Below the pieces are notes generated by a model, which saw only the letters and a list, made by a program, of their open reading frames with translations, was not told the DNA's origin and did no database searches. A stretch of 64,000 bases of DNA, taken from an uncultured Alphaproteobacteria bacterium. Lineage in GTDB: Bacteria; Pseudomonadota; Alphaproteobacteria; CAAHEQ01; UBA3637. The translations under genes were made by a program, and so were the position numbers. Shown in pieces: positions 10,336-20,887 of this stretch. Each line of letters opens with the position of its first letter. Positions within the stretch are counted from its first letter, which is position 1. The stretch spans positions 6,919-70,918 of the forward strand of contig CALXUB010000019.1 of the NCBI GenBank assembly GCA_944391565.1, given 5' to 3'.

Positions 10336-11051
10336 GACATGTCCTCCATCACGGTAAATGTTCCTCGACCGCAAACAATTTCTTTCAAAGCACCGGAACC
10401 TTGTTTAAACACAACGACGGGCAAATGATTACTTTCGGCCAAACTCATCGCCGTTAAATCCATAACACCCAATTTTTGGGCCAGTGCCTCTTCATAAGAA
10501 ACCTTTTCATAGCGCTTTGCATCGGCATATTTCCGTGGATCCTTATCATAAATACCGTCAACCTGTGTTGATTTAAAGAAAGCATCGCACTTCATTTCGC
10601 TGGCCCTTAAAGCCGCGCAGGTATCGGTTGTAAAAAACGGACTGCCCGTTCCTGCCGCAAAAATCACCACGGCACCCTTCGACAAGGCTGCCAAAGCCCG
10701 CGGACGGTTAAAAACTTCTCCGACGCCTTCAATTGCCAGCGCCGTAAAAATCCGAGTCGGCACCCCGATTTCTTCCAATGTTTCGGCCAAAGCCAATGCA
10801 TTCATCACCGTCGCCAGCATGCCGATATAATCACCTGTCACCCGATCGAATCCCTTGAGCGCGCCTTGCGCACCGCGAAAGAAATTACCGCCGCCAACCA
10901 CCAAACATAGCTCGACCCCCAAGGCTCGAACGACTTTGATTTCATTGGCAAGACGGCGGAGCTTTTCCCGATCCAATGCTTCTGTATCGGTCATCAGCCC
11001 CTCGCCGGATATTTTCAACAAAATACGTCGATACTGGGGGTCGTCTGTCAT
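10332..11051 (-). CDS. pyrH: UMP kinase PyrH
   Basis: 239 aa with YRRILLKISGE, typical of UMP kinase. Confidence 0.9.
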   Translation of the reverse strand: MTDDPQYRRILLKISGEGLMTDTEALDREKLRRLANEIKVVRALGVELCLVVGGGNFFRGAQGALKGFDRVTGDYIGMLATVMNALALAETLEEIGVPTRIFTALAIEGVGEVFNRPRALAALSKGAVVIFAAGTGSPFFTTDTCAALRASEMKCDAFFKSTQVDGIYDKDPRKYADAKRYEKVSYEEALAQKLGVMDLTAMSLAESNHLPVVVFKQGSGALKEIVCGRGTFTVMEDMS

Positions 11052-11076
11052 GGTTTCAGTCCTTCTGTTCAGAAGA

Positions 11077-11964
11077 CTATTTATTCAGCTGGGCATTCAC
11101 CTCTGCAGCAAAGTCTTCGTTCTTTTTTTCAATGCCTTCACCTAAAGCATAGCGGACATATCCTGTTAATTCAACAGGTGTTCCTAAATTTTTTGACGCA
11201 TCAGCCAAAATATCCTTAACTTTCTTGTCCGGATCCATGATATAGGCTTGTTCCATCAGCACCACTTCTTCATAGTACTTACGAATGCGGCCTTCGACCA
11301 TCTTTTCAATAATGGCTTCAGGCTTACCGGAGGCTTTAGCTTGTTCAGAATAAATTGCTTTTTCATGAGCAACTGCATCGGGATCCACGGAGGCGACATC
11401 TAAAAACTTCGGTGCACTGGCCGCAATGTGCATGGCAACTTGTTTTGCCACTTCGGCCAGTTTGTCTGCCGGTGCAGCCGACTCCAAAGCGACCAAAACA
11501 CCGATTTTACCCAAACCGGGAGCTTGTTGACTGTGCATGTAGGAAGCCACAACGCCGTTATTCACAGACAAAGCCTGCGTCCGACGCAAAGACATATTCT
11601 CGCCGATTTTGGCAATCAAGTTTGTCAATGCGGCTTTTTCGGCTTCCAAATCGCCATCGGTTAAAACCGTATCCACAACATGGTTTAAGAAATCCTGAAA
11701 CTCCGTATTTTTAGCAACAAAGTCGGTTTCTGAATTCAATTCCACAATCGCGCCTTTTTTACCATCAGCTTTGACGCCGACCAACCCCTGAGCCGCCACG
11801 CGTCCGGCTTTTTTGGCCGCGACGGACAACCCTTTTTTACGCAGCCAGTCAATGGCCGCTTCCAAATCACCGTTGGTTTCATTCAGCGCTTTTTTGCATT
11901 CCATCATGCCGGCGCCGGTTTTTTCACGAAGCTCTTTTACGAGTGCTGCTGTAATTTCTGCCAT
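11077..11964 (-). CDS. tsf: elongation factor Ts
   Basis: 295 aa with the N-terminal [30 protein letters not shown]-like EF-Ts signature. Confidence 0.9.
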   Translation of the reverse strand: MAEITAALVKELREKTGAGMMECKKALNETNGDLEAAIDWLRKKGLSVAAKKAGRVAAQGLVGVKADGKKGAIVELNSETDFVAKNTEFQDFLNHVVDTVLTDGDLEAEKAALTNLIAKIGENMSLRRTQALSVNNGVVASYMHSQQAPGLGKIGVLVALESAAPADKLAEVAKQVAMHIAASAPKFLDVASVDPDAVAHEKAIYSEQAKASGKPEAIIEKMVEGRIRKYYEEVVLMEQAYIMDPDKKVKDILADASKNLGTPVELTGYVRYALGEGIEKKNEDFAAEVNAQLNK

Positions 11965-12048
11965 TTTTTCATCCTTTTGTTATACGTTTAATTAAATAAA
12001 GGGCAGCGACTGTGTGCCGCCGCCCTCGCATTTATGGAAAGACCTGCC

Positions 12049-12834
12049 TTATTGAGCAGCTTTTTCCTCTGTTTCTTCGACGGCAACCACGGCTTCGACA
12101 GGCGCTTCTTCAGACGCACCCAAGTCAACACCGGCAGCGGCTAATTCTTCCTGCATGCCGTCCAAAATCGCACCGGAAACCAAATCACAATACAGTTGAA
12201 TGGCGCGAATCGCATCATCATTCCCCGGAACGACATAATCAATATTGTCCGGATTGGAATTGCTGTCGCAAATTGCCACGACGGGAATGCCCAATCGATT
12301 TGCTTCTTTAATCGCCAGTTGTTCTTTCAATGTATCAATGACGAACATGATATCCGGCCGACCGTTCATGTCCTGAATACCACCCAAAGAAGCGAACAAT
12401 TTTTCACGTTCGCGTGTCAGGTTCAGCCGTTCTTTTTTCGTCAACCCTTCCAGTTCGCCTTTTTCTTCCTTAGCTTCGATTTCTTTCAAACGTTTAATGG
12501 AACCCGATACGGTTTTCCAGTTAGTCAGCATACCGCCCAACCAACGATGGTTCACATAATAAGCCCCCGAACGGGAAGCAGCTTCTTTCACGATATCGGC
12601 TGCCTGATTTTTCGTTCCGACGAACAAAACTTTGCCGCCTTTGGCTGCCACATCGCGAATTGCTTCCAACGCGCGGTTCAATGCCGGAACGGTTTGAGAC
12701 AAATCCAAAATATGTACGCCGTCTCTGGCGCCGAAAATATAGGGTCCCATTTTTGGGTTCCAACGACGCGTGTGGTGACCATAGTGCACGCCGGCTTCCA
12801 TCAGCTGACGCATTGTAAATGTGGGAATAGACAT
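12049..12834 (-). CDS. rpsB: 30S ribosomal protein S2
   Basis: Track ORF 12049..12900. The likely start is [20 protein letters not shown] at 12834, with an AAGGAT ribosome-binding site (RBS) upstream. Classic S2 N-terminus. Confidence 0.9.
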   Translation of the reverse strand: MSIPTFTMRQLMEAGVHYGHHTRRWNPKMGPYIFGARDGVHILDLSQTVPALNRALEAIRDVAAKGGKVLFVGTKNQAADIVKEAASRSGAYYVNHRWLGGMLTNWKTVSGSIKRLKEIEAKEEKGELEGLTKKERLNLTREREKLFASLGGIQDMNGRPDIMFVIDTLKEQLAIKEANRLGIPVVAICDSNSNPDNIDYVVPGNDDAIRAIQLYCDLVSGAILDGMQEELAAAGVDLGASEEAPVEAVVAVEETEEKAAQ

Positions 12835-13190
12835 TTTAAAAATCCTTTCTTTTCCAGTTATTCCTCCGCAGAAGAGTAATTTGAAAACCCTTTCAAACAC
12901 CGGAGCGCTTCAGACGGAACACCCGCCCTTGCGGACTTCTGCGTGCGTTATGCGAAAGTTTTTATACACGATTCCTTTTTAAATTGCAAGCATTTTATGC
13001 AACAAGTATCAAAAAGACTTCATTAACCTGACAACCCTTCCGAATAGAATGACAAATGACATCAAATAACTGAGTGCCTCACAGATTTTTTACACCAGAT
13101 GATTTTGTCAAGTTGTTTTTACATTTTTTTTGACTTTTTTCCTTTTTTCTGTTAAAATAATAGGAGAGTTTAACGGAAGGAGAAACGCTC

Positions 13191-14084
13191 ATGGTTAAGA
13201 TTTTGGAAGAAACAAAAGGCTTAAAAAAAGTTCAAAATGACGACGGTACCGTTGAGCAGTTTTCTTATGAAGTGAAAAACGGCGTGCGTGAATTGACACA
13301 ACACAACTCCTACGGACGCGACGGAGGAATCACGACAGAAAGGGTTTTCAAAAACGGACGGCAGGTTTCTCAGGCCAATTACGGTCGAACAACCGATGGA
13401 ACACCTGTTTTACGTTCAACAACGCTTTACGACGCCAAAGGCAACTCGCGGACGGTAATGAATCCGAATTACGCCGCGGCAACAACGGAAAAATCAACGC
13501 CCCTTGTCGAGGCTGAAGTCTCCCCCAAGGCACATCCTGTCCGCACCGTCCATACTGATAAATTCGGCCGCAAAGAAAGCACGGATCATTTTGATGCGGA
13601 CGGCAAGTTGCTTTACACGGACTTTTTTAAATATAATCTGGATGAATCGCATCCTTATGAAATGTTGCGCATCATGCCGGAAAAAGATGGTAAAAAAGTC
13701 GTCGAGACCTATGCCGCTGACGATAAAGCATTTTATCGTGTCAAAGCCCAAACGTTTGTGAACGGTGAAAAAATCCATTCTACTCACTACGATCCCAAGA
13801 CACAGGCACGAACTAAAGAGCATCTGTTTGCCCGACTGCCTAATCCGGATCATCCGACTGAACAAGGGTTTCAACTGATGACGGAACGGCTTTTTGACAA
13901 AACCGGCTCCAAGGTAATCGGCACACGCAAATTGGTTAACATCAGCGGTCATTTCACCGAAAGAACGCCGCAAATCGATAAAGCGTTAAAGCTGCCCTCC
14001 GGACTGCGAGAAACGCTGATGCAGAGTCAACGGATGCAGTTTATTAAAGGCTTGATTTCAAAAGTATTTGGAAAAACGGCTTAG
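13191..14084 (+). CDS. hypothetical protein (297 aa, no signal peptide)
   Basis: Long ORF with a GGAAGGAG RBS 7 nt upstream. Antisense-oriented relative to its neighbours. I recognised no family. Confidence 0.5.
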   Translation: MVKILEETKGLKKVQNDDGTVEQFSYEVKNGVRELTQHNSYGRDGGITTERVFKNGRQVSQANYGRTTDGTPVLRSTTLYDAKGNSRTVMNPNYAAATTEKSTPLVEAEVSPKAHPVRTVHTDKFGRKESTDHFDADGKLLYTDFFKYNLDESHPYEMLRIMPEKDGKKVVETYAADDKAFYRVKAQTFVNGEKIHSTHYDPKTQARTKEHLFARLPNPDHPTEQGFQLMTERLFDKTGSKVIGTRKLVNISGHFTERTPQIDKALKLPSGLRETLMQSQRMQFIKGLISKVFGKTA

Positions 14085-17000
14085 ACTTGTTTGATTTCGG
14101 TAATTCCCGGCAATGCCCGCAAAGCGGCAACCGTTGAAGGCGAAAGTTGATATCCTTCCTCCAGCAACACTTCGACATCCCATTCGTTCACTCGCGGAAT
14201 TAAAAACACTCGGCCGCGACCTTTTGTATCTTTGGCCAAAACTTCTTTAATTCCTTTCAAACACAACGGCGTGTCAAAATAAATCATAATTTGATCACTG
14301 ACTTTGGCAATCGCATCGCTGAGCGGTTCAACGCCCTGCACAATCATACGGATTTCTTCTTCCTTTTTTTCCGCCATAACAGAAAAAATCAACGGTTGCT
14401 CTGATTTTAACAAATCCCTGTTTTGAGCCAACGTTTCCGAAAAACACATCATTTCAAACGTGCCGGAAGGATCCGACGCCGTGATAAAGGCAAACTTATT
14501 GCCGGATTTTTGACTGATTCGCTCCCGCATTTCATTAACGATTCCGGCCAACCGCACGCGCGCGGAACCTGCCCGATTAACGGTTGCCGTCACATCCGGC
14601 GAAGATTGAATACGCAGTCGTTCAAAACTGCTTTCGAACGCATCCAACGGATGGGCCGACAAATAAAATCCGATGGCCTGAGCTTCGGTTTCCAGCTTTT
14701 CCATCGGCGGAAAGTCCGGCACCTCCTCCAACTTAATTTCTTCAAAAGCGTCATCACCGCCGAACAAAGAAATCTGTGCACTGCGTTTTTGTTGCGCAAT
14801 GCTGACGGAATGTTGACTGAGCCGTTCCAAATTATGGAAAATTTTACCGCGGTTTTTCTCCAGACAATCCAACGCACCTGATTTAATCAGATTTTCAAAA
14901 CAGCGTTTGTTCATAACCTGTCCGTCGCTTCGGGCAACAAAGTCCTGTAAAGAGCGATACGGGCCATTCCGATGTCGTTCTTCCACCAGCGCTTCCATAG
15001 CACCTTCCCCCACGTTTTTAATAGCTGACAGAGCATACCGAATCGCACCGTTTTCAACCGAAAAGTTGACTTCGGAGTGATTCACGTCCGGCGGCAGAAT
15101 AGAAATGCCCATTTTGGTAATTTCCCTTTTGAAAAAACCTAATTTGTCCGTATCAATTTTATCCAAAGTCATGGTAGCCGCCATGAACTCCACCGGATAA
15201 TGCGCCTTCAGATAAGCTGTTTGATAGGACACAAACGCATAAGCAGCCGCATGCGATTTATTAAAACCATAGCTTGCGAACTTTTCCATCAAATCGAATA
15301 TTTCTGTTGCTTTTTGTTCGGGGACGCCTTTCTCCTTTGCACCGTCGATAAAGACTTTTTTCTGCTGTTGCATAACCTCGAACTTCTTTTTCCCCATCGC
15401 ACGACGCAGCAAATCAGCGGACCCCAGACTGAAACCGGCCAAAACCTGTGCAATCTGCATCACCTGTTCCTGATAAATCATAATGCCGTAGGTTTCTTTT
15501 AAAATATCTTCCAACAGCGGATGCAGATAATCGGGCTGCTCCAATCCGTGTTTACGGGCGATGTAGGACGGAATGTTGCCCATCGGGCCCGGACGATACA
15601 AAGCCACAATAGCAACGATGTCTTCGATTTTATCCGGTGCCAAGTCTTTTAAAATCTTGCGCATGCCGGCACTTTCAAGTTGGAATACACCGGAAGTATC
15701 CGCCTCGCACAACAGCTTAAACGTCTCTTTATCATCCAACGGAATGGCCGATAAATCAAAAGAAATGCCCCTGGCTTTTAACAACTCCATCGTTTTGGCT
15801 AAAACCGTCAGCGTCTTCAATCCCAAAAAGTCGAATTTTATCAAACTCGCATCTTCGACAAATTTCATGTTATATTGTGTGACAGGCATATCTGATGAAG
15901 GATCTTTGTAAACCGGCAAAATCTCATCCAAAGGATAACGTCCGATAACCACACCAGCCGCATGTGTCGATGTATTGCGATACAGCCCTTCCAACTGCAA
16001 CGCTATTTCCAACAGAAGTTTCACCTGCGGTTCCCGTTCAGCCTCCACCTGAAAAGCCGGTTCAATTTCCAACGTTTGCTTCAAAGAATACGGATGCCCT
16101 TTTTCATCCAAACCGGAGGGAACCAGTTTGCACAGGCGATCAACGACCGGATAAGGCACTTGCAGCACACGACCGACATCTCGCATCACCGCTTTGGTTT
16201 GCAACTGACCAAACGTAATAATTTGCGCAACATGGTCAAAACCGTATTTTTCCTGCACATAGCGAATACTTTCTCCGCGACGTTCCTGACAAAAGTCAAC
16301 GTCAAAGTCAGGCATATTAACACGCTCGGGATTTAAAAAACGTTCAAACAGTAAATTAAACTTCAACGGATCAATATCGGTAATCGTCAACGCCCAAGCC
16401 ACAACGGAGCCGGCCCCGGAACCACGCCCCGGTCCGACCGGAATATCATGTGCTTTGGACCATTGAATAAAATCGGACACGATTAAAAAATAACCCGGAA
16501 ATTTCATTTGACAAATAACATCCAATTCGTATTGAAGACGGGCATTGTATTTGTCAAATTCGTCCGGCCGATTTTTCATGCGCATGGCCAAACCTTCTTC
16601 AGACTTTTTGCGCAACAGTTCGTCTTCCGTCATGCCGCCGCAGTCATACATCGGAAAGACCGGTTTTTGTTTGGTCACCATAAATCCGCAGCGTTGTGCA
16701 ATCTGAACCGTGTTTTGAACAGCCTCCGGCAAATCGGAAAACAGCAGCTTCATTTCCTCGGCCGATTTAAAGTAATGCTCGGGTGTCACTTTGCGACGAT
16801 CGGTCTGATCCACATATGTTTTTGTCCCGATGCACAGCAAAGCGTCATGCGCCTCATACATGTCGGGCGTCGCGAAAAAAACCTCGTTAGTCGCCACCAA
16901 AGGAATGTTTTGAGCATATGCCATCTCAACCATAGCATCTTCCGTCTGCTGCTCGGCCGGTAAACCATGCCGTTGAATTTCAATATATAAATGATTGTGA

Positions 17001-17512
17001 TAAATCTCGTCCAACCGCCGAAGAACATCCTCTGCCTTGTTTCGTTTGTTTTCCAAGATCAGCCGACCCAACGGACCTTCGACGCCGCCGGTCAAGCAAA
17101 TCAAACCCGGGGCATGCTGCGCCAATTCCTCCAGCGTAATGTGAGGCACATCTTTTCTGGGTGCGAGATAATATGTGTTAAACAACTTCAGCAGATTTTT
17201 ATATCCTTGCTCATTTTGCACCAGCAAAACGATTTTATCCATCGGTGGATTTAATTCTTCCTTGGCTGTCAAAAGATGAGAAGCTTCCTGCTCTAATTTT
17301 AAAAAAAACTGTGTTCCCAAAATCGGCTGCACACCCGCACCGGCGCAGGCAAAAGAAAAATCCATCCCGCCAAACAAATTATTGGTATCTGTAATGGCAA
17401 CGGCCGGCATATTGTTTTTCACAGCCGCATCCACGACCTTGGGCACTTTCATGGCGCCTTCCAGCAGAGAATAAGCGGTATGCACGCGCAAATGGATAAA
17501 TTCCGGGTTCAT
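14081..17512 (-). CDS. dnaE: DNA polymerase III alpha subunit DnaE
   Basis: Track ORF 14081..17566. The likely start is MNPEFIHLRVHTAYSLLEGA (PHP domain). Roughly 1140 aa with polymerase core motifs. Confidence 0.9.
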   Translation of the reverse strand: MNPEFIHLRVHTAYSLLEGAMKVPKVVDAAVKNNMPAVAITDTNNLFGGMDFSFACAGAGVQPILGTQFFLKLEQEASHLLTAKEELNPPMDKIVLLVQNEQGYKNLLKLFNTYYLAPRKDVPHITLEELAQHAPGLICLTGGVEGPLGRLILENKRNKAEDVLRRLDEIYHNHLYIEIQRHGLPAEQQTEDAMVEMAYAQNIPLVATNEVFFATPDMYEAHDALLCIGTKTYVDQTDRRKVTPEHYFKSAEEMKLLFSDLPEAVQNTVQIAQRCGFMVTKQKPVFPMYDCGGMTEDELLRKKSEEGLAMRMKNRPDEFDKYNARLQYELDVICQMKFPGYFLIVSDFIQWSKAHDIPVGPGRGSGAGSVVAWALTITDIDPLKFNLLFERFLNPERVNMPDFDVDFCQERRGESIRYVQEKYGFDHVAQIITFGQLQTKAVMRDVGRVLQVPYPVVDRLCKLVPSGLDEKGHPYSLKQTLEIEPAFQVEAEREPQVKLLLEIALQLEGLYRNTSTHAAGVVIGRYPLDEILPVYKDPSSDMPVTQYNMKFVEDASLIKFDFLGLKTLTVLAKTMELLKARGISFDLSAIPLDDKETFKLLCEADTSGVFQLESAGMRKILKDLAPDKIEDIVAIVALYRPGPMGNIPSYIARKHGLEQPDYLHPLLEDILKETYGIMIYQEQVMQIAQVLAGFSLGSADLLRRAMGKKKFEVMQQQKKVFIDGAKEKGVPEQKATEIFDLMEKFASYGFNKSHAAAYAFVSYQTAYLKAHYPVEFMAATMTLDKIDTDKLGFFKREITKMGISILPPDVNHSEVNFSVENGAIRYALSAIKNVGEGAMEALVEERHRNGPYRSLQDFVARSDGQVMNKRCFENLIKSGALDCLEKNRGKIFHNLERLSQHSVSIAQQKRSAQISLFGGDDAFEEIKLEEVPDFPPMEKLETEAQAIGFYLSAHPLDAFESSFERLRIQSSPDVTATVNRAGSARVRLAGIVNEMRERISQKSGNKFAFITASDPSGTFEMMCFSETLAQNRDLLKSEQPLIFSVMAEKKEEEIRMIVQGVEPLSDAIAKVSDQIMIYFDTPLCLKGIKEVLAKDTKGRGRVFLIPRVNEWDVEVLLEEGYQLSPSTVAALRALPGITEIKQV

Positions 17513-17573
17513 TTTTTCCTTCTGTTTTCGGAACGGCATTATAGCGGATTTCTCCGCCGATAGCAAGGCCGAT

Positions 17574-18299
17574 TTATTTTTTCATTTGACAATAGCCCGT
17601 TCCGTCCCGACGCACGCACAAGCGACAAGCATTGGGTTCTTCCGGCACCTCTCCCGCAAAGCACATATTGCACTCTTCGGAAATATTCTGTGTCATCAAA
17701 GTCGTCGGACAAACACCCCGGCAGACGCCGTTTTCCCAGCGGGTCATATAAGAGCAGGCTTGACATTCGTCTTTCGTAAAGCTTTGAAAGTTATCTGAAG
17801 CTCCTTCACACGGGACACAATCCATATATTTGCTGCGCACGGGCATATCTTCGGGACAATCTTTTAAAACACAGACAGCTTTTTTCTCACCGGCTTGATT
17901 TTCATATTCGGCCATTTTACGATTCGGACACCGAGCGCATTCTTCGGGCGTACTGAAAGCAGCTGCCTCCGTTTCGCAGGCCGTGCACACTCCGAAATCA
18001 GACAAAGGCGTTTCCGACGGACAGTCTTTTAAACCGCAAAACCCTTTACCGTTGATATTCCCACGCAAAACGCGATTGGGACATTTGGCACATTCTTCGG
18101 CTGTCGTCACATAAACCATCGGCGTATCACACGCGACACAGGTATTTAACGGACAATTTCCGGACGTCACAAAATACAGCTTTCCTTCGTATCCGCACAA
18201 GCGAGAGACTTTCATCGGCCGATCTGCCGAACACACCGGTTCTTTTGCACCGGCGCCCACAGCTAAAAACAAAAATAAAAGAACCCAAATTTTCTTCAT
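17574..18299 (-). CDS. secreted cysteine-rich repeat protein (CxxC...ECAKCPNR repeats), paralog A
   Basis: 241 aa with the signal peptide MKKIWVLLFLFLAVGAGA. Carries about 30 Cys in repeated CxxC-x(11-13)-C(A/T)(K/R)CPNR units. The start overlaps the lolD stop (ATGA). Confidence 0.6.
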   Translation of the reverse strand: MKKIWVLLFLFLAVGAGAKEPVCSADRPMKVSRLCGYEGKLYFVTSGNCPLNTCVACDTPMVYVTTAEECAKCPNRVLRGNINGKGFCGLKDCPSETPLSDFGVCTACETEAAAFSTPEECARCPNRKMAEYENQAGEKKAVCVLKDCPEDMPVRSKYMDCVPCEGASDNFQSFTKDECQACSYMTRWENGVCRGVCPTTLMTQNISEECNMCFAGEVPEEPNACRLCVRRDGTGYCQMKK

Positions 18300-18979
18300 G
18301 CTTCCTCCACTAACACGCCGTTTTGCAAACTGACACGACGATCCATTTGAGCGGCCAGGTCCGGATTATGTGTCGCAATCAAGGCAGATAATCCCGTTTC
18401 CCGCACCATGTTTAACAACGCCATAAACACTTTTTCGGACGTTTTGGGATCCAAATTGCCGGTCGGTTCATCCGCCAACAGCAACTGCGGTTCATTTACC
18501 AGTGCACGCGCAATGGCAACCCGTTGTTGTTCCCCGCCGGACAATTCTCCGGGCCGATGCTTTGCCCGCGATTTCAATCCCATTTTATCCAACAACTGCA
18601 GCGCTTTTTCTTTTGCTCGAGCAGGACGAGTTCCACCAATCAGCTGAGGCATCATGACGTTTTCAAGAGCGGAAAAATCCGGCAAAAGCAAATGACTTTG
18701 ATACACAAAGCCCAAATATTGACGACGCATCAGGGTGCGTTCTTTTTCTTTCATAGACGCACATGAACGTCCGGCCAGGAACAAAGAACCGCTGCTCGGT
18801 TGATCCAGCAGTCCCGTCACATACAACAGAGTAGATTTACCCGAACCGGACGGCCCTACCAGGGCGACAATCTCGCCTTTATGAATTTCCAAATCCACGC
18901 CTTTAAGGACATGAAGCCGCTTATCCCCGTCACCGAACCAGCGTTTAATCTGTTGTAGTTTTAATACCGTTTCCGTCAT
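18296..18979 (-). CDS. lolD: lipoprotein-releasing system ATP-binding protein LolD
   Basis: Track ORF 18296..19003. The start at 18979 makes an ATGA overlap with the upstream Cys-rich gene. Walker A (GPSGSGKST), the ABC signature (LSGGEQQRVAIARAL), and the partner lolC/E upstream. Confidence 0.8.
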   Translation of the reverse strand: MTETVLKLQQIKRWFGDGDKRLHVLKGVDLEIHKGEIVALVGPSGSGKSTLLYVTGLLDQPSSGSLFLAGRSCASMKEKERTLMRRQYLGFVYQSHLLLPDFSALENVMMPQLIGGTRPARAKEKALQLLDKMGLKSRAKHRPGELSGGEQQRVAIARALVNEPQLLLADEPTGNLDPKTSEKVFMALLNMVRETGLSALIATHNPDLAAQMDRRVSLQNGVLVEEA

Positions 18980-19488
18980 TCTTGCTTTTCCTTTAAAAGA
19001 CAAACCCCATTTTCAAAATACCGGTTGGGACATGTCGCACATGCAACAGCCGTCACCTCCACATGTGTTAAATCCTCGCCGATACAGGGATAACAATAGC
19101 CATATATGCTTTGCAGCGGTTTTGTTTCGGGACAGACTTTCAAAGCGCACATAGCGTGTTTCATTTCTCGGTTCGGACATTTCGCGCATTCCTCGGCAGA
19201 AGCTTCAATCGGAAAATCTCGTCCGCAGCCATAGCAAAAACCGCTTCTATCCTGCATCGGTTGATCTACGGGACAAGATTTAACGGCACATCGACCGAAT
19301 GCATTGATTTCACGATTCGGACACTTGGCACATTCCATGAATGTTGTGTCGAACGCATAAGGATTATCGCACGCATAGCACCATCCGCTTTTATCTTGCA
19401 GCGGTTTTTCCGGTGGGCAAGCTTTTCGATCCAAATCCGCCCAAGCCGGTAATGCGATAAGGCACAGTAAAATCACGATTTTTTTCAT
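18976..19488 (-). CDS. secreted cysteine-rich repeat protein, paralog B
   Basis: 170 aa with the signal peptide MKKIVILLCLIALPAWA. The same ECAKCPNR / CxxC repeat architecture as 17574..18299. Confidence 0.6.
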   Translation of the reverse strand: MKKIVILLCLIALPAWADLDRKACPPEKPLQDKSGWCYACDNPYAFDTTFMECAKCPNREINAFGRCAVKSCPVDQPMQDRSGFCYGCGRDFPIEASAEECAKCPNREMKHAMCALKVCPETKPLQSIYGYCYPCIGEDLTHVEVTAVACATCPNRYFENGVCLLKEKQE

Positions 19489-19497
19489 CAGAGATTC

Positions 19498-20736
19498 CTA
19501 TTCATACCTAAGCGCTTCCACGGGATCGGTTTTGGAGGCTTTATAAGACGGATACAGCGTGGCCAAAAAAGACAATCCCAAAGCCATTCCTGTCACGGCC
19601 AAAACCTCCATCGGATCTGTTTTACTTGGTAATTGAGATAAGAAATAAATCTCTGCCGAAAACAAATCTTGTCCTGCCAGTCGTCCCAAAAACTGCCGAA
19701 TGGATTCAATATTCAAACAAATTAACAATCCAACACCCAACCCAGCCAGAGTTCCGACAACCCCAACGAATAAACCATCAATTAGAAAAATACCCATAAT
19801 AGAACGTCGACTGGCACCCATTGTTCTTAAAATAGCAATATCTTTACTCTTGTCTTTTACCAGCATAATCAAACCAGAAATAATATTAAATGCTGCCACA
19901 ATAATAATCAGCGTTAAAATTAAAAACATCACATTGCGTTCCACCTCTATCGCGTTAAAAAAAGCAGAGTTTGCGTGTTTCCAATCCACCAAGGTCAGTG
20001 ACGGAGGCAGTTTTTCCTGAACATCCTGCATGATATAAGGCAGCTGATCTATTTGATTGACGAACAACTCGATTTGAGAGATTTTACCGTCGTTCATCAA
20101 ATATTTTTGCGCTTCGGTCATGGGCATAAAAATAAAGTTCGCATCATACTCATACATACCGGTGTCAAAGGTTCCGACAATTTTATAAGACTTCATACGC
20201 GGCATGGTTCCAAAAGCGGTCACATTTCCATTCGGAGAAATCAGATTCAGCTTGTCCCCGGGCAGAACGCCCATTTTCATGGCCAAGCGATAACCGACAA
20301 TAATAGAGGCCTCTTTGAAGTCGTCTAAACGACCTTCGAACCGATCAGTCAGCAATGCCCTGTTTTTAAAATCCTCAGGCCGAATACCGCGCAACAAAGC
20401 CCCTTGTGCATGCGCTTCGCTGGCAACCATGACTTGACCTTCCAAAACCGGCATAACGGCCGTCATACCTTGAACTTTCTGAAGACGATCCAACATCTCG
20501 GAATCCATCGCCAAAGTCGGCCCCCAGGCAGGATAAACGGCCATATGTCCGTTGATACCCAAGATACGCCCCATCAGCTCGTCCCGAAAGCCGTTCATAA
20601 CGCTCATGACAACAATCAGCGTGGCAACCCCCAGCATAATGCCCAAAAAAGAAAAACCGGCAATAACGGAAACAAATCCCGTACGCTTACGGCTTCTCAG
20701 ATACCTTAACCCGATTTTGCGTTCAAATAAAGCCAT
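19498..20736 (-). CDS. lolC: lipoprotein-releasing system permease LolC/LolE family
   Basis: 412 aa with the FtsX-like permease topology and MacB-like periplasmic domain. Lies 9 nt upstream of the Cys-rich paralog B and lolD. Confidence 0.75.
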   Translation of the reverse strand: MALFERKIGLRYLRSRKRTGFVSVIAGFSFLGIMLGVATLIVVMSVMNGFRDELMGRILGINGHMAVYPAWGPTLAMDSEMLDRLQKVQGMTAVMPVLEGQVMVASEAHAQGALLRGIRPEDFKNRALLTDRFEGRLDDFKEASIIVGYRLAMKMGVLPGDKLNLISPNGNVTAFGTMPRMKSYKIVGTFDTGMYEYDANFIFMPMTEAQKYLMNDGKISQIELFVNQIDQLPYIMQDVQEKLPPSLTLVDWKHANSAFFNAIEVERNVMFLILTLIIIVAAFNIISGLIMLVKDKSKDIAILRTMGASRRSIMGIFLIDGLFVGVVGTLAGLGVGLLICLNIESIRQFLGRLAGQDLFSAEIYFLSQLPSKTDPMEVLAVTGMALGLSFLATLYPSYKASKTDPVEALRYE

Positions 20737-20887
20737 ATGTGATACTTTCGTTCTGTTTTTCCTGTTTTCAATCTATGCGTTTTTTCTGTAAATGACAAGA
20801 ATAAAATAAAGAAAAAGCATCATAGTTTGATGTTTGTTTAATCAAATTTTATTACTGACAAAAAGAAATGAACAATAATCTCTTGCT

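Noticed and set aside
12196-12879. 227-aa plus-strand ORF overlapping rpsB
   Set aside because: It is antisense to ribosomal protein S2, and rpsB is clearly the real gene.
13494-13973. 159-aa minus-strand ORF inside the 297-aa hypothetical gene
   Set aside because: It is shorter and lacks an RBS. The plus-strand ORF has a canonical GGAAGGAG RBS.
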